Positions 26,648 to 35,427 of a stretch of 38,814 bases of DNA are shown one piece after another. Position numbers and translations under genes: made by a program. Position 1 is the first letter of the stretch. Each line of letters opens with the position of its first letter. Source of the DNA: Blastocatellia bacterium (GTDB taxonomy: Bacteria; Acidobacteriota; Blastocatellia; UBA7656); contig JADGNW010000121.1 in NCBI GenBank assembly GCA_017883315.1, forward strand, positions 1 to 38,814. The letters are read 5' to 3'. The notes beneath the pieces were generated by a model. That model ran no database searches, was not told the origin of the DNA, and worked only from the letters and a program-made list of their open reading frames with translations.

Positions 26648-28900
26648 ATGCCTACCCTTCGTCCGTTCGCGCTCATTAGAACCCACGACCAGTGGCTGCG
26701 AGCGTCGCACGAGCAGACGGCGCTCGAGGGAGAAGTGGTGCAACTCTACTGGCGCGACGACGCACCGGCGAGCGCGGATCAGACCCCGTTTCTTGAGCGT
26801 GGCGCGGGGCTGGCTTTTGATGAACATTGCCGGCTCTATCACAGCGTGCCCGCCGAAGGCCGCCTCGAGCGTTTGATGTGGGCCGCACAAGATCCGCTGC
26901 AACCGGTAAGCGCGCTGCCCGTGCCCGTAAATCTTTTTGCTTCCGACACGGAAGAACAAGTCGGCGATTTCGCTTTACCAGCCGAAAAGCCAGCGGTCTT
27001 GAGCGGAGCGCACGCCCTGGCGGTTGCTGAAGACGACCGATTGTTCGTCGCTGAATCAGGCGGGAAACGAATTTTGATTTACGACCTTTGGTCCAACCGA
27101 CTGCTGCGCCGCGTGCAGCTTGGCGCGGTACCGGTCGACCTGGTCGCGACGGGCCGCACGGTCTACGCGCTGCTCGCATCACCCCCGGGGCTTATCAAGC
27201 TTGACGCGCGCAGCGATCCGTACGCGCTCGCCTGGCCGAGCGAGATTACCGAGCCGGCGCGTATTGCGTTGTCACCAAACGGCGAGCTGTTCATCCTCGA
27301 GCACGCCGGAACTCTGCAAGCGCGCGTTGTGAAGCATTCCGAGCCGGGCCAAATCATCGACGTCGAGTTTGCGACCGACATCGAGTTTCAAACCGGAGAT
27401 CCGCTGCTGGTCCAGGCTTGCGGGAGCGATAAGCAAGTGCTGGTTGTGGCGCGGCGTCCCGGCGAAGATTTCCTGCGTTATTGTCTCGGCGAAAGCCAAC
27501 CCGCTGTCTTGCCGCCGCTCAAGGCGCGTGGTTATGACGGTCTCGGGATTGTGCTCGCGCCCGATGGGCGCGTCGGATTCTGGACTCACAACGGCTTTCG
27601 TCACACGGTCGCGGCGCGATTGCGTTACTTGCCAACAGGCAGCGTGACCACGTTCAGGCTTGATAGTGGCGAGTTTCACACTGTCTGGGGCCGTCTGTTC
27701 TTAGATGCCTGCATACCGAAAGATACTGCGATAGTGGTGCGCTGCATCACCGCCGACGAGCCGCCGGATGAACCGGTGCTGCCGCGCTCGCGTCCCGCGA
27801 ATACGAACGCCGATCCGCCGTTCGAGAATCTGTCGCCGCCCTTGCCGCCGCGATCGTTCAAGCAGCGGATCGAGAATGCTTTCGCGCAATCGATGCATCG
27901 CCGCGAGACCGGGCGTGAGCTGCCCTGGGTGCGTCCCACGGAAGACGATCCGTTCGAAACCTACGAAGCGCCGGTGCTCGCCGAGCCGGGCCGTTACCTG
28001 TGGGTGCGCATTGAACTGAGCGGCAACACGCGGACGACGCCGAGGGTCAAGGCCTTACGCGCCGAACACCCGACACACGATTATTTGCGCCGCATCCCGC
28101 GGACTTTCTCGCGCGATGAACAAATCGCCTCATTCCTGCGGCGCTACCTGGCACCGTTCGAGGGTGTGCTCGGCGAGCTTGAAGCAAAAGCCGACGCGCG
28201 CGGGGCCCTGCTCGATCCGCACAGCGCGCCGGCTGAGATTCTGCCGTGGCTGGCGAGCTTTCTCGGCTTGACGCTTGACGAACGAATGGCGCGCGCGCCG
28301 CGTCCGGGCGGACAAACCGAAGACGTGCGCCGCACCCTGATTGCCGAGGCGACGTTGCTCTTCCGGTTTCGCGGCACTGTGCCGGGATTGCGACGCTTTC
28401 TCGAAATCTATCTAGGGACGCAGACCGTCGTGATCGAGAAATTTCGCGTGCGTGGACTGGGGGGGGCGATGTTGGGAGATCCGACTGCGCTGACATCCAG
28501 CTCCGTTCTGGGCGCCGGCTTCCGGGTCGGCGGCGCGATTGGTGAAGACGGAACGCAGACGCTGACTGCGTCGGTCGAAGACGCTTTTGAAACGCATGCT
28601 CATCGCTTTGCCCTGATCGTTCCGGCCTCGCTTACGTCAGAGCAACAGGATGTCGTGCGTCAGATTCTGGAGCTGCACCGTCCGGCGCACACGCTTGTGG
28701 AAGTGTGTACGGTCGGGGCCGGTATGCGAGTTGGCCGGGGTTTGCACATTGCGCTGACTTCGATCATTGGGCGCAGCGATGGCTTCACCCAGTTGCAGCT
28801 TGGCAATGCGCTGCTGGGACGCGGCGCGATCCTTGGAAAGCCGGAAGCCGGCACCGTGATCGGCGGCAGCAAGCTCGGCGAAGACAGTCGGGTTGGTTAA
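26648..28900 (+). CDS. P2 gpI / gp7-like baseplate wedge protein (Afp12 type)
   Basis: 750 aa. The central motif PAEILPWLASFLGLTLDERM...LFRFRGTVPGLRRFLEIYLG matches the Tail_P2_I family. Confidence 0.85.
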   Translation: MPTLRPFALIRTHDQWLRASHEQTALEGEVVQLYWRDDAPASADQTPFLERGAGLAFDEHCRLYHSVPAEGRLERLMWAAQDPLQPVSALPVPVNLFASDTEEQVGDFALPAEKPAVLSGAHALAVAEDDRLFVAESGGKRILIYDLWSNRLLRRVQLGAVPVDLVATGRTVYALLASPPGLIKLDARSDPYALAWPSEITEPARIALSPNGELFILEHAGTLQARVVKHSEPGQIIDVEFATDIEFQTGDPLLVQACGSDKQVLVVARRPGEDFLRYCLGESQPAVLPPLKARGYDGLGIVLAPDGRVGFWTHNGFRHTVAARLRYLPTGSVTTFRLDSGEFHTVWGRLFLDACIPKDTAIVVRCITADEPPDEPVLPRSRPANTNADPPFENLSPPLPPRSFKQRIENAFAQSMHRRETGRELPWVRPTEDDPFETYEAPVLAEPGRYLWVRIELSGNTRTTPRVKALRAEHPTHDYLRRIPRTFSRDEQIASFLRRYLAPFEGVLGELEAKADARGALLDPHSAPAEILPWLASFLGLTLDERMARAPRPGGQTEDVRRTLIAEATLLFRFRGTVPGLRRFLEIYLGTQTVVIEKFRVRGLGGAMLGDPTALTSSSVLGAGFRVGGAIGEDGTQTLTASVEDAFETHAHRFALIVPASLTSEQQDVVRQILELHRPAHTLVEVCTVGAGMRVGRGLHIALTSIIGRSDGFTQLQLGNALLGRGAILGKPEAGTVIGGSKLGEDSRVG

Positions 28901-28910
28901 AAGGGCGGCA

Positions 28911-30428
28911 ATGCAGGAAGTGCGGATTCACAAATTTGAGACTCACTATCGGCTGCCAAAGCGCGCGTTGGCCGAGCGTCGGCGGCTGGATCAGGTGAGG
29001 GCGCTGGTGCTCGACACAGCGTTGGAACTCGCGCTGGAGCGCGCTGGCGTGCCGGAAGACGGCGAGTTATGTATTCGAACCCTCGTTGCACCGATCCGCC
29101 TTCGTCTCAGTGGAACGGATGCGTCGCTTGTCCTGGATTGGAGCGTCGCGCTGGCCCACGAGATTTCGCGCGCGCTACGCGATGGCTCAAGTCCGAACAT
29201 GGTCTTCTATTACTCACGCAGGCAAGCGCTGATGGATTTGGTAATTAAAGTCTCTCGCGGCGACGTGAGGCGTATCTGGGCGTGGAGGCAACTGGGACTC
29301 TGGCGCTCCAATGACCAATCTAGTGATAGGGCTAACGAAAGACAGGCGGTCCTCGAGTTGGCGCACGCTCTCTGCGCTGAACCCGCGATGGTCGTTCCTG
29401 CTCTGCGCGTTTTGGCGGTTGAGGGAGGGCTGCAGCACATTGCGAACCGACTAACTGGAAGGGAATGGGAAGCGCTCGCACTCGCGGCTCTGTCGGCAAT
29501 CGGAGCGGCGCACTTACTTTCCGAAGCAGATCACGCGCTGTCGTCGCGTGATCTGCGTGATGCGTTGCGCGTGCTCAACGGCTCGCGCGTGCTACGCGCG
29601 ATTACGTCTTCAAGCGCTTTGCGCGAGGCAAGCATTGAAGCCCGGCGGGCAGTCGCGGCGCTGGCGGTGCTGGATGCTGAGCCGATGTTGCTTCGGACTG
29701 ATAGCGCGCAAATCGTGATCGCCGTCATCGCCGAAGCGACACGTTCGGCGCCCGTTGAAACGATAAATGTCTTACCTGAGCAACTGCCGTCTGGCACCTT
29801 GGCCTTGACTGAACGATCACAACTCCGCGCGCCGGGTTCAATAGAGCGAACGCGGGAAGCTGAGTTTGAAGGGGCCGACGCGATCACTGAACCAGACGAG
29901 GAGGAAGCCAAACCGGTCGATCTGCGCCGGCGAGCCTTTACGCGTTTCGGCGGTTTGCTCTTTCTGCTCGGTCTAATCGAGGACCTTTGCTTGCCCGAAG
30001 AAATCATCGCGCACCCGGCGCTGGGCGCGCGCCCGCTTCTTTGGGTAATTCATCAACTTGCGCTAGCGCTGTTGACGATCGAGCCAAACGATCCGGCGGC
30101 GCTGGCCTTCGCGGGCCGGCCGCCCGATGCCAGGCCGCCGTCAGAGGAGCAAGAAGCGCCAACCGAAATCGAGGCTCGCGCGACCAAGACTTTCGCCGCA
30201 CGCATCGTCAAGCGTTTGGGTGCGCTGCTCGATTTCGAGGATGCGATCCAGACCTGTTTGCTTGAGTTCGTTTGCTGTCGCCGCGCTGAGATCGTTGCCG
30301 ATCCCGGTTGGATTGAAGTGAGGTTTTCGCTTGATGAAGTTTCGACTGAGATTCGACGCGCCGGCGTCGATCTCGATCCCGGCTATCTGTCCTGGCTGGG
30401 AGTAGTCGTGAGATTTGTCTATGAGTGA
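28911..30428 (+). CDS. Helical Ala/Leu/Arg-rich protein in the Afp14 (tape measure) position; function unproven
   Basis: 505 aa. Its last 8 nt overlap the ATPase start. In characterised eCIS loci the tape-measure gene sits immediately upstream of the AAA+ ATPase gene. I see no recognisable enzymatic motif. Confidence 0.65.
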   Translation: MQEVRIHKFETHYRLPKRALAERRRLDQVRALVLDTALELALERAGVPEDGELCIRTLVAPIRLRLSGTDASLVLDWSVALAHEISRALRDGSSPNMVFYYSRRQALMDLVIKVSRGDVRRIWAWRQLGLWRSNDQSSDRANERQAVLELAHALCAEPAMVVPALRVLAVEGGLQHIANRLTGREWEALALAALSAIGAAHLLSEADHALSSRDLRDALRVLNGSRVLRAITSSSALREASIEARRAVAALAVLDAEPMLLRTDSAQIVIAVIAEATRSAPVETINVLPEQLPSGTLALTERSQLRAPGSIERTREAEFEGADAITEPDEEEAKPVDLRRRAFTRFGGLLFLLGLIEDLCLPEEIIAHPALGARPLLWVIHQLALALLTIEPNDPAALAFAGRPPDARPPSEEQEAPTEIEARATKTFAARIVKRLGALLDFEDAIQTCLLEFVCCRRAEIVADPGWIEVRFSLDEVSTEIRRAGVDLDPGYLSWLGVVVRFVYE

Positions 30429-32448
30429 CCAAGTGACGACGAATGGAGACACGGCGGGGACGGTTGATGTGAGTGCGCGGTTGACTCGCGAGGCCGGCAT
30501 TCTGTCCGGCTACCTGGCTCATTTCCTCGCTGCGTCCATACCCAATGCCGAAGGTTTAGCCGGCGAAGGTCAGGCATTCCTGCAAGCTCTGTTCGAATCG
30601 GTCTCCGAAGGCCGTCCGCTCTCCTCGTGGTCGCGCAACCCGCTCGACCGCAGACCGCCTGGCGAGGCGCATCCGATCGACCGTCTGGGGGATTTGCTCG
30701 AGCTCTCATCGACTGAGATGCAACTGCTTGTGCTCGGCGGGTTGAGCGAAGAGCACGAAGGCCTGGCTTCGATTCTGCGCACCCTGCACCCGCGCGGCGA
30801 ACCGCGCGCGACGGTCGGCCTGGCGGCTCAGCTTCTATGCAACGACCAACTCGACCGGCGCGCTTTTCGCGCGCTTATCGAGACAGGCGCCGTGATGAGA
30901 AGCGGCGCCCTCCGCGTGACCGGCGATGGACCTTTCTTCGAGCATTCGTTGCAACCGGCTGAAGCCCTGTGGTCCGCATTACACGGAATCGATGTGTGGC
31001 CGGCGGCGGTGATCAAACTCGATGGGCCGATTGCCAGCGCCGGCCTCGACGAATGGTTCGCTACAGACGGCGCAACGCGCGCTGCCGGCGCCATCCGGCG
31101 TGGTGAGACTTGCACTGTAATGATCACTGCAGATAACGAAGAGGCCGGGTTCGATCGCGCGATCGCGCTGGTGGCTCACGCCGGCGCCGAACCTGCAGGC
31201 ATCCTGTTACCGCCGTCGCCCGAGGCGAGCTTGGAGAAGCTGATCCAGGTTCATGCGCTCGTGAGAGGAACAGTGCCGGTCTTGAAGCTGACGGCGGCTG
31301 ATGGTCCGGGAACGCCGGAGGTCCCGTCTTTCGCCGGCTTCCCGGGCGTGATCGTCGCGTGCGGGCGCTCGGGGGCAGCGTGCGCTCGCGGGGGGCGTCC
31401 GTTGCTGGCTCTGCCGGTGGAGCGCCTTATGTCTCCGGCCAGACGACAGATGTGGCGCGAGACGATTCCTGCGATGGCTTCGCAGGCGTCGTTTCTCGCG
31501 GCGCGCTACCCGGTCGAACCCTCAACGGCAGCGGCTGTCGCCGCCGATCTGCGATTTGTCTCCGAGCTTGAGAATCGCGAGCCGACGGTGGACGACGTGG
31601 CGATGAGCATTCGCGCGCGGGGCAGCATTTCGCTTTCGACAGGAGTGAGGCTCATTCGCCCGCGGGCCACCTGGAAGGACCTGGTCTTGCCAGAGGACCG
31701 GCTCGAGCAATTGCGCGAAGCAATTTCGCGCTTGGAATTGCAGGCGCGCGTCTTCGATGAGTGGGGCTTCCTGCGTGACCGCACCGGTGCGCGAGGTGTC
31801 CGCTTACTCTTTACCGGCCCGCCCGGAACCGGCAAGACGCTGTCTGCCGAAGTGCTCGCGAACTCGCTCAACGTGGACCTGCTCTTTGTCGATCTGTCGC
31901 GCGTGGTGTCGAAATGGATTGGCGAAACAGAAAAGAATCTCTCGGCGGTATTCGACGCGGCGGAGCGCGGGCAGGCGGCGCTCTTTTTTGACGAAGCCGA
32001 CGCGCTATTCGGCAAGCGCACCGAAGTGACAGACGCGCACGACCGCTACGCCAATCTCGAAACAGCGTATCTGCTCACGCGGTTGGAGCAGTTTGAGGGT
32101 CTGGCGATTCTGGCCACCAATCTGCGGCAGAACATTGACGCGGCTTTCTTGCGGCGATTGGAGTTCGTCGTTGATTTCGAGGAGCCCGATCGCGACGAGC
32201 GCTTCGCGCTCTGGCGCTGCCATTTGCCAGCGGACGCGCCGCTCGCCGATGACGTCAATCTTTACGAACTGGCGGCGCTGTATCCAGTCGTAGGCGGGGT
32301 GATTCGTAATGCTGCCGTGGCCGCCGGTTTTCTCGCGGCGACAGATGGCGCGCCCATTGATCGCCGTCACTTCGTCAACGCCATCCGGCGAGAATACTTA
32401 AAAGCGGGCCGGTCGTTCCCGGGCGTACCAGTCGGCATGATTGCTTAG
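30421..32448 (+). CDS. AAA+ ATPase, Afp15/Pvc15 type, with a long N-terminal extension
   Basis: Walker A GPPGTGKT (about 31816-31839), Walker B ALFFDEADALFG, and the second region of homology ILATNLRQNIDAAFLRRL. The AAA module is preceded by a non-AAA N-terminus of about 460 aa, as in CIS ATPases. Confidence 0.9.
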   Translation: MSDQVTTNGDTAGTVDVSARLTREAGILSGYLAHFLAASIPNAEGLAGEGQAFLQALFESVSEGRPLSSWSRNPLDRRPPGEAHPIDRLGDLLELSSTEMQLLVLGGLSEEHEGLASILRTLHPRGEPRATVGLAAQLLCNDQLDRRAFRALIETGAVMRSGALRVTGDGPFFEHSLQPAEALWSALHGIDVWPAAVIKLDGPIASAGLDEWFATDGATRAAGAIRRGETCTVMITADNEEAGFDRAIALVAHAGAEPAGILLPPSPEASLEKLIQVHALVRGTVPVLKLTAADGPGTPEVPSFAGFPGVIVACGRSGAACARGGRPLLALPVERLMSPARRQMWRETIPAMASQASFLAARYPVEPSTAAAVAADLRFVSELENREPTVDDVAMSIRARGSISLSTGVRLIRPRATWKDLVLPEDRLEQLREAISRLELQARVFDEWGFLRDRTGARGVRLLFTGPPGTGKTLSAEVLANSLNVDLLFVDLSRVVSKWIGETEKNLSAVFDAAERGQAALFFDEADALFGKRTEVTDAHDRYANLETAYLLTRLEQFEGLAILATNLRQNIDAAFLRRLEFVVDFEEPDRDERFALWRCHLPADAPLADDVNLYELAALYPVVGGVIRNAAVAAGFLAATDGAPIDRRHFVNAIRREYLKAGRSFPGVPVGMIA

Positions 32449-32552
32449 CAAAGTGAACGCTGATGATTGCCAAGAAACAGAGTGCTCGCAAAGTTCGCAA
32501 GCTTAAGAGAGCTGGTGTTGTGAGCATGAGCAGTTCTATCAAAGGAGAATTT

Positions 32553-33887
32553 ATGGCTGATCCCACAACGACCCTCGAGTACGCAACGCAAAGGAGCGAA
32601 GCCGCGAAACAGGCTGTCACCGACGCGCAAGTGCACCTTGCCGAAGCGCAGGCGGCTATCACCACCAAGCGCGATGAACTCGCCACAGCCACGGCCGCCT
32701 TCGTTGATCTGGAAAAAACCGCCGGCGAGATTCGCAAGAAACTGGGGGTTATCCCGACGCCGGTTGACGGCCCGAAGCTCCTCGACGATCTTGAACAGGT
32801 CATCATCGGCTCGCGCGCCAAGCAGGCGGCGATCTTGAAAGCCGGATCGGACCTGCGTGCCGCACAGGCGGACTCGGATCGAGCGCAAGCCGAACTGGCT
32901 GCGGCATCGGCAGGTCGGGCCAAAGCCAATTCCGATTTGCTTCAAGCCAGCCAGTCCGACAGCCTGCGCAACCTCTGGAAGAACGCCCTCGCCGGTGAGC
33001 CGCTCGTGACGATCAAAGACGACGCGGACCTCGCGCTCACAACCACACCCTTGACCGAAGCCGAAACGCGCGTCAACGATGACCTGCCGAAGAGCCTGCG
33101 CGATCGCGCCATCGAGCGACGCACCGCAGAAGCCGATCGTTTCGCGAATGCCCTGGAGAGCGTGCTAACCGCTGAGGATCGCTTGCTAACAGAGCGCGAG
33201 AAAACCGGCGCGGCCGGCACGGTTGAAAGCACGCGCATCCGACTGCTGCGCACCGAAGCCGCCGCCAGAGATTTCGTCAACAACACCAAGAGCCGCTTCG
33301 ATCAGGCGCAGGCGCTGCTCACACAGGTCGCTGATAAATCGCGCTCCCCGCTCACGCCCGAACAGACCGCAGCGCTCACCGATGCGACCTTGAAGGATGC
33401 GCGTGGCGACGCAGCGGCAGCAGAAAAAGCGCTGGATGACCTGAGGAAGATTGTTGAAGACAAGCAAGCGGTGCTCGATCAAGCGAAGCTCGACGCCATT
33501 GTCACTTCTGATAAAACAGCCGTGGGGCCGGCTGAGAAGGACTTAAAGGATGCGCAAGATAAGCTCACGCCTGCCCTGGCCTCTTACGATCCCAGCGTGT
33601 TGGACGCCTGGGAAGCGGCGGCACCCGATGCGACTTGGCGGCTGCTCGACGACTTTGAAAGGGCAAAGGCCGTGCTCACAATGCTGAGCGCCTCCGATCC
33701 GTCCAAGCTCGCGACGGATCTCACTAACGCCGAGACGAAATACGTCGAAGCCATGCTCGCCGCCGATGCAAGCGCCGCCCTGCTCACTCAGCTTGCCGCT
33801 GAGCAGGCACGCCGCGACGCGCGGCAACAGAGCGCGCTGCAATCTGAGAGCAATAGCCTCTTCAGCGCTTTGCGCGGTGATAACTAA
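32553..33887 (+). CDS. Ala/Asp/Leu/Lys-rich all-helical coiled-coil protein, unknown function
   Basis: 444 aa from the ATG at 32553, which has AAGGAG 7 nt upstream (the ORF track starts at 32463). Heptad-like content throughout (AKQAVTDAQVHLAEAQAAITTKRDELATATAAFVDLEK...). Confidence 0.7.
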   Translation: MADPTTTLEYATQRSEAAKQAVTDAQVHLAEAQAAITTKRDELATATAAFVDLEKTAGEIRKKLGVIPTPVDGPKLLDDLEQVIIGSRAKQAAILKAGSDLRAAQADSDRAQAELAAASAGRAKANSDLLQASQSDSLRNLWKNALAGEPLVTIKDDADLALTTTPLTEAETRVNDDLPKSLRDRAIERRTAEADRFANALESVLTAEDRLLTEREKTGAAGTVESTRIRLLRTEAAARDFVNNTKSRFDQAQALLTQVADKSRSPLTPEQTAALTDATLKDARGDAAAAEKALDDLRKIVEDKQAVLDQAKLDAIVTSDKTAVGPAEKDLKDAQDKLTPALASYDPSVLDAWEAAAPDATWRLLDDFERAKAVLTMLSASDPSKLATDLTNAETKYVEAMLAADASAALLTQLAAEQARRDARQQSALQSESNSLFSALRGDN

Positions 33888-33906
33888 TAGACGAAGGAGA
33901 CGCGTT

Positions 33907-35238
33907 ATGGCTAACACGCCTGATCTGGGTACTTGCCTTGCCACTGACGACGGACTCAGCGAGTTGCTGCCGCTCAGTCCCTTCAAAGCCTTGCACTATC
34001 ACTTCGGCATGCTGCTGGGCGTGGACGATTTTGAAACTGAGCAGGCTTACCACCGCGCCAAGATGCGGCTGCACAACGCCTGGCTGCATCGCGAGGGAGT
34101 CGTTTGGGGCTTCGGCGTAAAGCTCGATACGGACCACGGCGAGATTCGCGTGACGCCAGGACTCGCGCTCGATGCGGCGGGTCACGAGTTGCACCTCGAA
34201 GGTGAGGCTTGTCTCAATCTTGGAGAGTGGTTCGACAAGCACCAGCAAGACCCCGGCTTCACGGTCACAACTACAAATGGCAACACGGCGTTCAACGCGC
34301 ACGTGGTGATTCGCTTCAAGGCTTGTTTGACGCGGCAAGTCCCGGCGCTGATGGAACCGTGCGACAACGCCGGAACAGGCACCGCGTACTCGCGCGTCTG
34401 CGAGACCGTGGAGATTCTATTGCTGCCCAATCAGGCCCCCGCGCGCGTCTATCCCTATCACCGACTGCGTTTGATGTTCGGCCTGGACGAGCCGAGGCTG
34501 AAAGAAAACTCAACCGACAGCACGCCGGAAGATCAAGCGGTGCTCGATGAAGTCAAAAACATTCAAGCGCTGCCCGCCGCACAGCAGCCTGCCGCGTGGC
34601 TCGCAGCCTTTCATCGCTTTGCCGCGCTCGATGAGATCGACCTGCGGCCCGCGATCAGCGAAGACGGCGCGCGGATCCTGTTCTTCCCCGGTAGAGATGA
34701 TGACCCGGTTGTTCTGGCTGACATCACCGGCATCATGCTCACCAGGCAAAACAATGGTTGGGTGGTGAGCGGCGGCGCGGTTGACACTTCAGTCAGACCG
34801 TCGCACGTAGCGACTACGACCATTCAAGACCTTCTCTATCGTCCAATCCTCGCCGCGTCCGAAACGGGAGCAGAAGACATCGGGCCGCGCGTCGTGCCGG
34901 GCTCCGTCCTGCTGCTGACGTCGACGGCCATCGAGTTTCGCGTGGACAGGGAACTACACGACGCCAGCGTCAAGCCTGCTGCCTTCTGCGTCACCTGGTT
35001 CGATCCGGCAACAGGCTGGCATAAGGCCAATATCCGCACCGCCTCATATGGCGGCGGCGAGACGTTGACCGTCAACCTAGAACTGAAGAGTCCCGTCCAT
35101 GGTAGGGTGCGTCTGATCGTCTACGGGACCGGCCCGGAACCGCTGCTCGGACTCAACCTCGTTCCATTCGCGGGCGCTGCGGGTGGGCCTCCGGGGACTC
35201 CACACAACGGGCACGACTTCGCTTACGTTCTAACTTGA
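33907..35238 (+). CDS. Unknown protein, paralogue A of a CIS-linked family (shared N-terminal domain)
   Basis: 443 aa from the ATG at 33907, with an AAGGAG SD. The first ~230 aa or so align with the start of the 1128-aa protein (LHYHFGMLLGVDDFETEQAYH...GVVWGFGVKL...IRVTPGLALDAAGHEL versus LNYFDGKFLRAADLQTEQEYL...GVARGFDLTL...LNIGAGLAIDPGGRVL). The C-terminus looks like a beta-sandwich. Confidence 0.75.
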   Translation: MANTPDLGTCLATDDGLSELLPLSPFKALHYHFGMLLGVDDFETEQAYHRAKMRLHNAWLHREGVVWGFGVKLDTDHGEIRVTPGLALDAAGHELHLEGEACLNLGEWFDKHQQDPGFTVTTTNGNTAFNAHVVIRFKACLTRQVPALMEPCDNAGTGTAYSRVCETVEILLLPNQAPARVYPYHRLRLMFGLDEPRLKENSTDSTPEDQAVLDEVKNIQALPAAQQPAAWLAAFHRFAALDEIDLRPAISEDGARILFFPGRDDDPVVLADITGIMLTRQNNGWVVSGGAVDTSVRPSHVATTTIQDLLYRPILAASETGAEDIGPRVVPGSVLLLTSTAIEFRVDRELHDASVKPAAFCVTWFDPATGWHKANIRTASYGGGETLTVNLELKSPVHGRVRLIVYGTGPEPLLGLNLVPFAGAAGGPPGTPHNGHDFAYVLT

Positions 35239-35254
35239 AGAGGAAGGAACTGAC

Positions 35255-35347
35255 ATGCCGACGAACAGTTCAGAATAGCTCGTGCTGGCAAGCAACGAGG
35301 GCACCGTGATGATTGCGTCGATGTTGCCGCTCAGTGCGCGCAACCTG
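35255..35347 (+). pseudogene. Decayed 5' fragment of a third paralogue, with its own SD and an in-frame TAG
   Basis: GAGGAAGGAAC-N4-ATG mirrors the SD/start of the next gene (GGAGAGGAAC-N6-ATG). Its translation MPTNSSE*LVLASNEGTVMIASMLPLSARN aligns with MPTIDSSETLVLVSQQNGLVIIPSSTPLTRLN of the 1128-aa protein. Stop at 35276-35278; similarity is lost after about 35347. Confidence 0.6.
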
Positions 35348-35427
35348 CCGCCGGCCGCCGGAGCCACTGTCGACGCGCGAGCGCAACGAGGATCCGATTT
35401 CGCTTTGATGAAGGAGAGGAACTAGTT

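Noticed and set aside
12424-32448. Interpretation as a defective myovirus prophage or as a T6SS
   Set aside because: There are no capsid, portal, terminase, integrase, repressor or lysis genes, and no TssB/C, TssM/J/L, TssA or ClpV. DUF4255 plus an Afp15-type ATPase point to the eCIS lineage.
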